Shown here: positions 17,787 to 26,929 of the stretch, one piece after another
How the letters are laid out: each line of letters opens with the position of its first letter
Numbering within the stretch: position 1 is the stretch's first letter
Origin: Klebsiella phage JD001
Sequence record: NC_020204.1
Reading direction: 5' to 3' (one strand)
DNA: 48,814 nt
The notes under the pieces: model-generated
Told to the model about the DNA's origin: nothing
The model's database searches: none
What the model saw: only the letters and a program-made list of their open reading frames with translations
Made by a program: the position numbers and the translations under genes

Positions 17787-18629
17787 TTACTTTTTCATTT
17801 TACTGTTTTTAATATGTTTTTCAACTTTAAAATCTGGTACAGCGATACTTACACATCTGCAATTTATTGGTTGCCCCGGAAAAGTAGGAACACCGTCGAC
17901 AACCGGTAAATCATCCCAGCGGAATACGCCCGGACCATATCCTACATCACGTTTAGCTACCTCCACGTGGCTATGACGTACCCGTTCATCGTGCGATGTG
18001 GTCCATTTAAAGTAATTTATTCCCGAATTAACCTGACGAATGCGGTTCATGTCGCCCTGTATTTTCGATGTCTGATCGCGGGCAATTAATTTAGCACGAC
18101 GTTCCGTGATGCCAAATTGTTTAACGAGTGCTTCCTCGATGTAACTGGGGCGCATACCGTTACGCATATTGGTCATGACGATATTCTGCACCTGCTCCAG
18201 ATACTGAGCCGGAATAGACTGAATGAGTTTAGCATTCTGATACGATGCCGCGCTCAGATATTCCTGTAGCTGTGTATCACCGCCGAACAGATTGATAGCG
18301 AATGAGCGAGCGTTATCCTTTGCCGCAGTCTGTACAAACTGTGACGCGATAGTCTCCGCCTGATGACGAGCAAACGCACCTAGCCACCGTGTAAGCAACT
18401 GGTTAATCGCCGAGGTGATGGTGTCACTCCAGCCGTCGGCGGTGTACTCCGGCGCAAGCTGTTTCACCAGTGGTACGATGTTGGCATCCACATCCTCACG
18501 AACGAGCCGTGCAACCTGTTTCAGCTGGCGATAATAATTTAGCTCTGTTTGTCGTGACATGCTTGACGACCTCGTCAGTATGGTGTAGAGTGTACATATT
18601 ATCACAGGAGATGAGAGATGAGTAAACAA
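17787..18629 (-). CDS. head morphogenesis protein (SPP1 gp7/Mu F family)
   Basis: C-terminal ...WTTSHDERVRHSHVEVAKRDVGYG...NCRCVSIAV... signature of the MuF domain. Confidence 0.8.
   Translation of the reverse strand: MFTHLSSPVIICTLYTILTRSSSMSRQTELNYYRQLKQVARLVREDVDANIVPLVKQLAPEYTADGWSDTITSAINQLLTRWLGAFARHQAETIASQFVQTAAKDNARSFAINLFGGDTQLQEYLSAASYQNAKLIQSIPAQYLEQVQNIVMTNMRNGMRPSYIEEALVKQFGITERRAKLIARDQTSKIQGDMNRIRQVNSGINYFKWTTSHDERVRHSHVEVAKRDVGYGPGVFRWDDLPVVDGVPTFPGQPINCRCVSIAVPDFKVEKHIKNSKMKK
18563..18591 (+). promoter_or_regulatory. early promoter: TTGACGACCTCGTCA palindrome, 17-nt spacer, TAGAGT
   Basis: read directly; overlaps the 5' end of the minus-strand MuF gene. Confidence 0.5.
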
Positions 18630-18941
18630 TATGAGGCGACCGGCTGGGACGGTACAAATTTGCCGCCGGTTGGTGTTGAGTGCGAGATTAAATTCCTCAA
18701 ATACACACCACCTGATGAATGGTTTTCATTTAAATTGATTGAGGTGCATGATGAAATTGTGATTATAACGTTAGACGGAGAGAACAAATGGCAACATATA
18801 TCGAAATTATCACCAGATAAAGTAACATTCCGCCCACTCCGCACCGAAGCAGAACGCGCGATTGACGAAATGATTCGGTTGTCCGGCGTGTCAATCGGTG
18901 CGGCTAAGATTCTGTATGATGCGGGGTATCGGAAAGCATAA
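18618..18941 (+). CDS. hypothetical early protein
   Basis: 107 aa, RBS AGGAGATGAGAG. Confidence 0.4.
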   Translation: MSKQYEATGWDGTNLPPVGVECEIKFLKYTPPDEWFSFKLIEVHDEIVIITLDGENKWQHISKLSPDKVTFRPLRTEAERAIDEMIRLSGVSIGAAKILYDAGYRKA

Positions 18942-18948
18942 ACACATG

Positions 18949-18970
18949 TCCCGGCGCAAGTCGGGATTTT
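18949..18970 (+). terminator. hairpin TCCCG-N8-CGGGA followed by TTTT
   Basis: read directly after the 18941 stop. Confidence 0.4.
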
Positions 18971-19000
18971 CAACTTCAGTATCATCACAGGTGACATAGT

Positions 19001-19621
19001 ATGACTAAACCAAAGCAAAAAGAAACCGAAACAGACAGCGAGTATGCTCTTAGAATTTCAGAATGGAAAGAAATGAGAAAAGAGTACAAGAGAAAGTGGA
19101 ATGAACAGAATCGGTCACATACTTCCCAATATAACAAGAAATGGCAATCTGAGAATGTAGAAAAAGTTTCACGGTATAGAGAGGAGTATTACAAACAAAA
19201 CAAACACGTCATTACTGAAAGGGTGATTGATTGGCAAAGAAAAAATCCTGAGAAGTATGCCGATAAATCAAAAAGACATTATCTTGCCAATAAGGATAAG
19301 TTTGCAACCAGATTGGTCAAAAGAAGAGCGAACTTAATACAGGCCTCAATCGGTAAAGATGTGGGAAAAGTCTATTCGCAACTATACAGATACGCGAAGC
19401 TACTTGGCGGCAACCTCGAAGTAGACCACATCATTCCGTTGCAAGGCGTGGATGTCAGAGGGTTACATACCTCGGAAAATCTCTGCCTATTGCCGAGAGA
19501 AATAAATCGTTCGAAAGGTAATAAATTCGACCAAGAAGCATACTTCTACTTTTTCAAAAGATACCCGAGATGTACCGCTTCGAGACTGTACGCAAGGTAC
19601 ATCTCGGGTAGATTAGGATAG
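19001..19621 (+). CDS. HNH homing endonuclease
   Basis: ...LEVDHIIPLQGVDVRGLHTSENLCLLPREINRSKGNK... HNH core; Lys/Glu-rich N-terminus; inserted between MuF and portal genes. Confidence 0.7.
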   Translation: MTKPKQKETETDSEYALRISEWKEMRKEYKRKWNEQNRSHTSQYNKKWQSENVEKVSRYREEYYKQNKHVITERVIDWQRKNPEKYADKSKRHYLANKDKFATRLVKRRANLIQASIGKDVGKVYSQLYRYAKLLGGNLEVDHIIPLQGVDVRGLHTSENLCLLPREINRSKGNKFDQEAYFYFFKRYPRCTASRLYARYISGRLG

Positions 19622-21025
19622 TTTTGCCATTATCTCATCGTGAGACAGACCATCGGTCACGTACTGGTTATAACGTATCCAGAATGCGTCCTGTTGTTCG
19701 GTGAGTTTCGGTTCTTCATCTGGAGGAGACGCGACATAATCCGACTCAACCGAAGCTTGTTTATCTATCTCGCCATCTTCAAACTGATATTCTTCGGACG
19801 ATTCGAGATTGCGCATGATTTGTGATGGTCTCACTATCCCCTCCGCCAGATATGCTAAATCCTTATCAGCGCGGATTTTGGCAGCTTGTGCAATCTGCAA
19901 TTCATTAGGTTGTGCGAGTGGTCGCCACTCATAGTTAAAGTCGTCAGGCCAGTAACCCAGTGCGCTACGCACCAGCACCTCATCAAGCTGGCGCAACCCC
20001 GGGTCAACCTGTGTCAACTGTTTAGAGCGGATAGAGTTGTTGTAGTTGTTCATGTCCCCTTCACCAGTGGCATTCATACCCTTAGCGGAGGTACCGAACA
20101 GGCGCGTAACAGGAATGTCAGCTGCACCACTAATCCACGTCATGAACGTCTCAAGCACTGGCGCAACACCGCCCAGGTCGAGCGTCTTACGTTCGTATGA
20201 CTCATCACCGTCAAGCAGAGCCATTTGCACCAGTGACTTCATCTGGCTGAACAGGGTGTAACGTGACACAATTGCGTCGTCCTGGTCACTGGCTAACTCA
20301 TCGGACAGCCCTTCACGTTTGACCACATCGACGTTTGCCTCCTGCATCAGTTCCGCGATGCCGTCCTTCGACGCAACCATGTCCATGATGTCATCAAGGC
20401 ACACGCGTAACTCACTGTCACCCCATCCCTGAGTCTGGACCATCTGGCGACGAGGGATACGCTTGCCACTGAAGCGCGCAAAATGGGTCCAGTGGATTTG
20501 CTGCCCGCCGCCGGTAATGGTGTAATACTCCGGCATCATGTAGTTAGGTGCCAGAATGTCCCAGGTGTTCATGGTGAGCGGTGACATGTCGTGACGGTCA
20601 AACACGATGCAACGCTTCAAATCACCTTTGCGAATACGGCGAACGTCAAGCGGCTTTGACAGGTCCTGACCGGTCAGCATGAGAATACCACCGCCGCCGT
20701 ACAGACGCGCCCATGTGACAGCCTCCTGCACAACGGCAGGTATCATCAGTCGGTCCTCTTCGATACGGATGTCATCGGCTTCCTTGCACTTGATGGTGCG
20801 CCACTCACGGCACATGTCCTCTGCGGGTATTTCCACAATCTGACGGGCCAGCCAGTTAGTCTGATAAGCTGCGTCAAGTTGTTGCCAGTTGGACAGCGCG
20901 GCATACTGGAACGCGTTGTGAGAGCGTTTCGCTTTCCACGTTCCGAGACCAGATACGACGTTTACCAGCCCGTCGGCTGTTGTAGCTGGCATGAGATGAA
21001 GGTTTGTTTTAGCAGCCTTAGCCAT
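19613..21025 (-). CDS. portal protein
   Basis: 470 aa between large terminase and MuF genes; acidic C-terminus. Confidence 0.7.
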   Translation of the reverse strand: MAKAAKTNLHLMPATTADGLVNVVSGLGTWKAKRSHNAFQYAALSNWQQLDAAYQTNWLARQIVEIPAEDMCREWRTIKCKEADDIRIEEDRLMIPAVVQEAVTWARLYGGGGILMLTGQDLSKPLDVRRIRKGDLKRCIVFDRHDMSPLTMNTWDILAPNYMMPEYYTITGGGQQIHWTHFARFSGKRIPRRQMVQTQGWGDSELRVCLDDIMDMVASKDGIAELMQEANVDVVKREGLSDELASDQDDAIVSRYTLFSQMKSLVQMALLDGDESYERKTLDLGGVAPVLETFMTWISGAADIPVTRLFGTSAKGMNATGEGDMNNYNNSIRSKQLTQVDPGLRQLDEVLVRSALGYWPDDFNYEWRPLAQPNELQIAQAAKIRADKDLAYLAEGIVRPSQIMRNLESSEEYQFEDGEIDKQASVESDYVASPPDEEPKLTEQQDAFWIRYNQYVTDGLSHDEIMAKLS

Positions 21026-21027
21026 GT

Positions 21028-22476
21028 TTATAAAATCTCCGAAACGGTTGCTTTGCCATTGTGGAGCATTTGACTAATTGCATCACACATTGGGTCAATC
21101 TGGTCATCGTGAGCGTGTGTATCATCGGCAGTGAACGCTTCACACTCCGTAACGAAGTCATGAACCCATGGGGCATCTTCGGGTATCTTAACATATCCTG
21201 ACTCAATGTAACCCTGTACGTCCATCACACGGGTTAATTTATTTGCCGCCGGTCCACGTGGTATCTCCCGCACGGGTATCACGGGCTTAATTTTGCGGCG
21301 AATCTTCTGGATAAGTTCTGTACCGGATGATTTATCTTCGACAGCCATGTAACGTAAACGACCGTTTTTATCATTGCGGTGTTTGTTCCAGAAGTCAGGG
21401 ATTTTTACCTCAAGCTCATACGCTTCGAACTTGTCACGCATGACGTCGAGGAGATACAGATATCCATCCTCACCGAGTCCCCACAGTTCGGCAACCTGAT
21501 AGTCGTTATGCTCTTTGGCTTTCTGTGCCGTATCGATGAATACCGCTTTGTATTTCAGTTTCGGTACAACGGTGTAACGTCCGAACCATGACCCCTTCAG
21601 AATGCCACCTCCAAGCGGTGAGGGGCGTTGCTGCATCTGACCGGAGAACATGTACGAGTTTTTCTTCTGCATCGCCTTGAGGGCCTCCAGAGAGTGTTTC
21701 TGGGGCCACAATGCGCGCTCTGTCGGTAAACCTTCATCGACAATGGCGGGGAGTACCAGGTGACGGAAATTATACTCCTCGTCCTTCAGCAGTGTGCCGC
21801 AGAAGTCCTCTTCGTGAAGACGCTGCATGATGACGATACACGGTGTCTTCGTGGAGTTAAAACGTGATTTGATTGTTTCATCCCAGCGACGGTTAACACC
21901 GTTACGTTTTGGGTCAGAATACGCATCATCTGGTTTTAACGGGTCATCGATGATAATCGCACCGCCAAAGCCGTTACCGTTCTCAAAGTCGTCCAGTTTA
22001 CCGGCACCGAAACCGGTGATAGGACCGCCCGCCGCCGTCGCATAGAACACACCACCCTGGTCAGTACCCCATGCCTTCTTCGAATCCTTGTTCGCCTTAA
22101 TGGCCACATGAGGCCACAGTTTCTGAAACTCTTCGGACTTCAAAACTGACTTAATTGATTCAGAGTTATCCAGTGCGAGAATATCGGCATAGGACAGATG
22201 AATAAATTCACACTTGGGGTTTTTAACGTAGCACCATGCGGAAAATAACTTTACAGCCAGTTCGGTTTTTGAATAACGCGGCGGCATATTAATTATTAAA
22301 TGAGTGGTGCGACCGTAAAACACATCCATCAACGCATCACAAATTACATGATGATGGTCACTGAATACAAATTTAGTCCCTTTTAAAACTTTGAAAAAGA
22401 AACGAGCGAATAAAGTGAAATCTTCCTCAAGTGCGAGGCGCAGTAATTTTAATTCTTTTGGGGAATCAAAATTCAT
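21028..22476 (-). CDS. terminase large subunit
   Basis: 482 aa; deviant Walker A (NMPPRYSKTE) in the N-terminal ATPase part, acidic nuclease-type C-terminal half; adjacent to small terminase and portal. Confidence 0.85.
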   Translation of the reverse strand: MNFDSPKELKLLRLALEEDFTLFARFFFKVLKGTKFVFSDHHHVICDALMDVFYGRTTHLIINMPPRYSKTELAVKLFSAWCYVKNPKCEFIHLSYADILALDNSESIKSVLKSEEFQKLWPHVAIKANKDSKKAWGTDQGGVFYATAAGGPITGFGAGKLDDFENGNGFGGAIIIDDPLKPDDAYSDPKRNGVNRRWDETIKSRFNSTKTPCIVIMQRLHEEDFCGTLLKDEEYNFRHLVLPAIVDEGLPTERALWPQKHSLEALKAMQKKNSYMFSGQMQQRPSPLGGGILKGSWFGRYTVVPKLKYKAVFIDTAQKAKEHNDYQVAELWGLGEDGYLYLLDVMRDKFEAYELEVKIPDFWNKHRNDKNGRLRYMAVEDKSSGTELIQKIRRKIKPVIPVREIPRGPAANKLTRVMDVQGYIESGYVKIPEDAPWVHDFVTECEAFTADDTHAHDDQIDPMCDAISQMLHNGKATVSEIL

Positions 22477-22936
22477 CGTTGAACGCCTTTTTAAATACTT
22501 TCACATCTTCGGCGGTAATGTTGATGTTTGTATTCGTATTATCCAGACCACCGGACAACTGAACCAGTTGCTTATCCAGTCCCATCAGTTTCGCTTTACC
22601 GAGCACCGCTGCCACAGCTGCGGAGGATTGCGGCGTCTCGGCAGACAGCGCAACGTTTTTAATTTCTTCCAGTTCTGCAACGAGTGAATCAACTGTCACG
22701 TTGTGGCGCTTTGAATGAACTTGACGAAGTGAGGCAATTCTCCCCGCAACTGCCCCGTTATCCAGCATTTCAGATGCACGTTTGGCGATGGTGTTTACGG
22801 CCATGCGGGAAGTGTTATACGAGCGACGATATGACTCGGATGCGTTACCCGTTTCCACGAATGCCTGAGCAAACTTCTCCTGCTGCTCTGTCACACCATG
22901 TTCGTTAAGTTTAGCCCTTGCCATGCTTGCCCCCAC
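22466..22936 (-). CDS. terminase small subunit
   Basis: 156 aa (GTG start; ATG at 22924 with GGGGG RBS is the likelier start); helix-turn-helix-like N-terminus; overlaps the large terminase start. Confidence 0.55.
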   Translation of the reverse strand: MGASMARAKLNEHGVTEQQEKFAQAFVETGNASESYRRSYNTSRMAVNTIAKRASEMLDNGAVAGRIASLRQVHSKRHNVTVDSLVAELEEIKNVALSAETPQSSAAVAAVLGKAKLMGLDKQLVQLSGGLDNTNTNINITAEDVKVFKKAFNDEF

Positions 22937-22957
22937 GCTATTGTCTCTAATGCCACG

Positions 22958-22966
22958 ATTTTACCA
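22958..22966 (-). promoter_or_regulatory. candidate late promoter -10 (extended -10-like TGGTAAAAT) for the head/packaging operon
   Basis: read on the minus strand, 18 bp downstream of the repeat edge, ~35 nt upstream of the start. Confidence 0.3.
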
Positions 22967-22983
22967 TGACTGTACCGTCATTG

Positions 22984-23269
22984 CCACATACCCCGTTAAA
23001 ACTCGTTCGGGGTACTTCATCGGGGTATCAAAAACTCTTTAACTTTCAGTACTATACTACTTATTACCCCTATACCCCTATAAAATAGTAATTAGTAGTA
23101 ATAGAAAGTATATAATATATAATATAAATGTAGTATAATACATAACGTATACTTTATAAGGTTTATAAGAGGGAAGAAGGGAAGAATGTACGGGGTTTTC
23201 GGTTATGCTCGTAAACCTATGATTGTGAAAGTAAATTCGCCACCCCGATAGCTCGGGTATTTCGGGGTA
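22984..23269. repeat. 286-bp direct repeat, copy 2
   Basis: see 9450..9735. Confidence 0.9.
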
Positions 23270-23279
23270 AAATGAGGTG

Positions 23280-23309
23280 TTGACCTGTAATTCTCTATTA
23301 TTTTATAGT
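23280..23309 (+). promoter_or_regulatory. sigma70-like promoter TTGACC, 17/18-nt spacer, TATAGT
   Basis: read directly 11 bp right of repeat copy 2; upstream of the 23335 gene. Confidence 0.45.
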
Positions 23310-23334
23310 ATATACTCTACAAAAGGAGAGAAAC

Positions 23335-23913
23335 ATGATTCATCTTATAGATAATTGTCACGGCACTACAAAATTTAAAGAAACAGAATTGTGCAGTATT
23401 TGTGCACTTCATGACCACCATGATTTTGTGAAAGCGAAAAACATGGGCCTTCCCGCACGCAATGAACTCTATCAGAAAGTTCTCGACGGTCTTAATGATG
23501 GTCGCTCATGGAGAGTACAGAAGAAACCGAACAGTGAATGTGGACATCCGGGCGTCCGTAACACTGCTGGTAAATGCGTCTTTTGCTTGACCGAGCAACG
23601 CATGACGGGGGAGTGGAAAAAACCAAAAGCAACCATTGTTGACACCGCTGGTGAAGCCGACGCATTGCGTGAAAACATTGCCATGATTGAGCATAATATT
23701 TCTGTTTTGAATGAACAGTTAGAGACGATGAAAAACGCCCTGTTACTGAGTGAATCGGGAATTCACGTTGGGGTCATTAAAATCAAATCACCGCGCCAGC
23801 AGGCCATCGCTGACGGCAAACGCTGGTATATTCCGTATGAGCCTTGCAAGCATTGTAATATTATTGCGGAACGTTATGTGGCAAATGGTAAATGCCGTAA
23901 TTGTGGGAGATAA
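23335..23913 (+). CDS. Cys-rich putative zinc-binding protein
   Basis: 192 aa with CxxC/CxxC pairs at both ends (CSICALHDHH, GKCVFC, CKHC, GKCRNC) and a central coiled-coil; RBS AAGGAGAG. Confidence 0.45.
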   Translation: MIHLIDNCHGTTKFKETELCSICALHDHHDFVKAKNMGLPARNELYQKVLDGLNDGRSWRVQKKPNSECGHPGVRNTAGKCVFCLTEQRMTGEWKKPKATIVDTAGEADALRENIAMIEHNISVLNEQLETMKNALLLSESGIHVGVIKIKSPRQQAIADGKRWYIPYEPCKHCNIIAERYVANGKCRNCGR

Positions 23914-23917
23914 TAAA

Positions 23918-24091
23918 ATGTACAAGATGAGTAAGAAAAGTCTCACTGGGAGGATAATCGTACTACCTGTATTCATTATTATTTTAGTTGTTGAGTCGAT
24001 ACTAAATAAGGCCGATGACTGGAGTTACTCCGTGAAGAGATTGAGAATTAGGATGAACGAATGGATTGATAAAAAATTTCCACTTGGATAA
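23918..24091 (+). CDS. small single-TM membrane protein (57 aa)
   Basis: hydrophobic LTGRIIVLPVFIIILVVESIL segment; in frame within track ORF 23750..24091. Confidence 0.35.
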   Translation: MYKMSKKSLTGRIIVLPVFIIILVVESILNKADDWSYSVKRLRIRMNEWIDKKFPLG

Positions 24092-24097
24092 AACAAA

Positions 24098-24122
24098 GCC
24101 CGCTAAATGCGGGCCTTTTATT
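24098..24122. terminator. bidirectional rho-independent terminator
   Basis: GCCCGC-TAAAT-GCGGGC with CTTTTATTT on plus and TTTGTTTT on minus, between convergent genes. Confidence 0.7.
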
Positions 24123-24131
24123 TACCTGATA

Positions 24132-25274
24132 CTATTCCAGTCCATACTGGTCCTTAATCATCTCTACGGGAATTGATATTCTACCAATCTCACCGTAGTC
24201 TCGATGATATGTTATGACGGTAGCGCTTCTTCCAGAGTCGTAACCTCCGTTACTTGAATACTCGTCTTTGGCCGCCAGAGTTTGGTGCATCTCGGTAATG
24301 AACATGTTGCTCTCTGCTACTTTCCGATGATGATAATGTCCCATGTGTAGATATCCAAACTTAGTACGACCGTAAATCTCCCGGAACTTACTGGCAAATA
24401 CTGCGTCCAGCTTTTCCATCCTGGAACAGTGCCCGTGATGTACGCCAATCATTACTTTGCCGAATTCGATTGCGTAGTAGGGACTCTGTTCGTCCACAAT
24501 GGTCACGCGGGGATTATCGCGATACACCTCTTTAAACATCTCTCGCAACCACACGGCTGACGCGAGGTCGTGGTTACCAGTGGCAATTAGCAGCGTCACT
24601 TTCCGATGCTTCTCCAGACACATATTCACGGCTCGCTTAATCACGCGGATAGCGGTCTGTACCACTTTGAAGAAACGCGTATCAGAGTCGAGAATATGTC
24701 CGGATGTTGGTGTAACCGCCTTCAGGCCGTCGAAGTGCAGGAAATCCCCCTGCAGGTTAATGAGGCACTCTGTTGCGTTGGGTGCTAATGATGTCGCCGA
24801 TTTGAACCACGACGATATGAGATGTTCCGCAATGTTGGTATCGTAATCGTCTCCGCCCTCTTCTTCACATGCCAACATACCAATGTGTGCATCTGTTACT
24901 GTGTACATGTTCAGGAGGGTGCTATCCTCATCACGGGATATTAAGTTAATTTCCTCTAGTGGGGATAAGCACTCTGTAAGCGCCACAATTGCTTCCTGCA
25001 TCATTTTCAGCTGGCGCTCGGCGTCCACATCAGTCTTGACCCATTGCAGCGCTACAGTCCCGTCCTCCTTCACCAGTGACGATGTACCTTTTACCTTGTA
25101 ACCGTCCGGCACAAAACGGGACACATTACCACCGTGACCCAGACCGCGTGCACCGAGACGTTTAATGCGGCGGTTAATGTTACCCGGACTCATGCCGTAC
25201 TTTTTCGCAATAGCGTGACCACTCATTCCTGCAGCCACGTCGGCCAGTAACTTCTCGTCAGTTAGTATACTCAT
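24132..25274 (-). CDS. calcineurin-like metallophosphoesterase with N-terminal helix-turn-helix domain
   Basis: N-terminal ...GHAIAKKYGMSPGNINRRIKRL... HTH; phosphoesterase motifs GDFLHFDG, TGNHD, GVHHGH, HMGHYHH. Confidence 0.6.
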   Translation of the reverse strand: MSILTDEKLLADVAAGMSGHAIAKKYGMSPGNINRRIKRLGARGLGHGGNVSRFVPDGYKVKGTSSLVKEDGTVALQWVKTDVDAERQLKMMQEAIVALTECLSPLEEINLISRDEDSTLLNMYTVTDAHIGMLACEEEGGDDYDTNIAEHLISSWFKSATSLAPNATECLINLQGDFLHFDGLKAVTPTSGHILDSDTRFFKVVQTAIRVIKRAVNMCLEKHRKVTLLIATGNHDLASAVWLREMFKEVYRDNPRVTIVDEQSPYYAIEFGKVMIGVHHGHCSRMEKLDAVFASKFREIYGRTKFGYLHMGHYHHRKVAESNMFITEMHQTLAAKDEYSSNGGYDSGRSATVITYHRDYGEIGRISIPVEMIKDQYGLE

Positions 25275-25564
25275 TACACTTTGCTCCGGCTTTTAACTAA
25301 CTGGTCAATAACAACCGTGAAGAACTGGTTACATCCGACATTCGGGTAGTCAATGCCGAACTTGTAACCTTTGATGATGAGGTCGGTCGCCGCAGGATTG
25401 CCGCCGGGATTAACCCGTTTAATTGTTTCCTGCACGCCCATCTGCGCACGTTGAGCGCTACAGCCGTTAAAGAGCAGATTAGCAATCTGTGATTCATTTG
25501 TTTCAGCAGTAACAGCTGCATGAGCAGTACCACACAGCAACAGACAGAATAGTAATTTACGCAT
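25274..25564 (-). CDS. small secreted/periplasmic protein (96 aa)
   Basis: start at the ATG with GGAG RBS; MRKLLFCLLLCGTAHA-AVTA signal peptide; 4 Cys. Confidence 0.4.
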   Translation of the reverse strand: MRKLLFCLLLCGTAHAAVTAETNESQIANLLFNGCSAQRAQMGVQETIKRVNPGGNPAATDLIIKGYKFGIDYPNVGCNQFFTVVIDQLVKSRSKV

Positions 25565-25865
25565 TTCCATATCTCCAGGTATGCACACCTGCGCATTTGA
25601 GCGCGTGCGCCATAACTTCATCATTGACAACCGCAAACATCAGATTCGTGGCGTCAATCGTAATGTGACGACCGGCTAACAGGTCATCAAATGTCACATC
25701 GTGTTTGCGTAACCATTCATACACATCACGTGGACCAGTCACCAGTACATCGTGACCCGCACAGTACAGCGCCCTTGCGAGCGCAATATTGTCCTTAATG
25801 GGTTCGCCCTGCGCATCCCGCAGTACACCATCCAGGGCGAATAACACCGATTTCATTTGGTACAC
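25557..25865 (-). CDS. hypothetical protein
   Basis: 102-aa ORF; LFALDGVLRD loosely HAD-motif-I-like. Confidence 0.35.
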   Translation of the reverse strand: MYQMKSVLFALDGVLRDAQGEPIKDNIALARALYCAGHDVLVTGPRDVYEWLRKHDVTFDDLLAGRHITIDATNLMFAVVNDEVMAHALKCAGVHTWRYGNA

Positions 25866-26281
25866 TCGCGCAGCTGCTGGGCAAATCGCGGAGCATGAGT
25901 GTACCGGACTATTTCAATGGCCCTTGTGAATCCGTCTTCGTAACATTTCTCATCTCGAAAGGTGTATGGACTACCGAGAGTTTTAGCAAAGAGTTCCACT
26001 GCGCGAGCGCCAGCCTCATTGCGTAATTCATTTAGCACCACGTTAGTGGCGGTCGTTTCGACTTCGGCCATTACCTGGAGAGCCAGGTCGTAGAATTCGT
26101 CTTTTACACAATCTGTGTATGCGATGCCGTCAACAGTGTTCAGGTGTCCGTGGTTGTAACCTGCCGCATAAACTTCCTCAGACTGTTCACGAATAGCCAC
26201 GTTCTCCGCAGCCAGTTCCACCACCTGCGCCTCAGCTGCTAACATGCGCTCCATTAATTGACAATAACTTAGTGCTTCCAT
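25853..26281 (-). CDS. hypothetical acidic protein
   Basis: 142-aa ORF in the early minus-strand operon. Confidence 0.35.
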   Translation of the reverse strand: MEALSYCQLMERMLAAEAQVVELAAENVAIREQSEEVYAAGYNHGHLNTVDGIAYTDCVKDEFYDLALQVMAEVETTATNVVLNELRNEAGARAVELFAKTLGSPYTFRDEKCYEDGFTRAIEIVRYTHAPRFAQQLRECTK

Positions 26282-26282
26282 A

Positions 26283-26927
26283 TCACAACTCCACTCTCAT
26301 GGACTCAATTTTCATTAATAAACAATTGAAAAATGATTCGTTAATGTCATCACAAATTGGTTTGAATTTGTGGGCTATTGAAATCTTTCTTTCATACCAT
26401 GACTCATGCGCTTCTTTTTCGGTATCGTATAACCCCAGTGTTATGAGTTTTCCATTGTCCCATATTCTGGCTCTGAACTTACCCCGGGGTTTGTCATATG
26501 TTACTCCAATTGCATAAATATTCCCTCTTGCTTCACAATCGGTTACAAACTCGTTTAAATCTGGTGGAACAAATACACATGATTCCGGAGAATAAACCTT
26601 GTTACCCGGTGAAGTAATATCTTTATCTATCTGATATCCTTCTTTAAAGTTTGTTTTCCACCATTTGAGAAAATTGGAAAACAGTTTCCACTCTTCACAG
26701 ATTGAACAACCGGAATATGTCGGATAGTTCTTTTGAAACTTATTGGAATAGCAACGTTGTAAGATTCCTTTCCACGTTGCGTATGCACTATGTTGTACTT
26801 TTTGATTATTGCACCACATTGTCACTTGGAATTGAGAATCGTTTATCCCAACCCCATACACTTTACGATTATCGAATCTAATTCTCGGAGTGCTTTCTAA
26901 AACCTCATCCAAGTAGCGTCGGTTCAC
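26283..26927 (-). CDS. AP2-domain DNA-binding protein, homing-endonuclease-like
   Basis: ...PRGKFRARIWDNGKLITLGLYDTEKEAHESW... matches the AP2 (integrase-type) DNA-binding domain common in phage HNH/HEG proteins; GTG start per track. Confidence 0.5.
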   Translation of the reverse strand: MNRRYLDEVLESTPRIRFDNRKVYGVGINDSQFQVTMWCNNQKVQHSAYATWKGILQRCYSNKFQKNYPTYSGCSICEEWKLFSNFLKWWKTNFKEGYQIDKDITSPGNKVYSPESCVFVPPDLNEFVTDCEARGNIYAIGVTYDKPRGKFRARIWDNGKLITLGLYDTEKEAHESWYERKISIAHKFKPICDDINESFFNCLLMKIESMRVEL

Positions 26928-26929
26928 AA

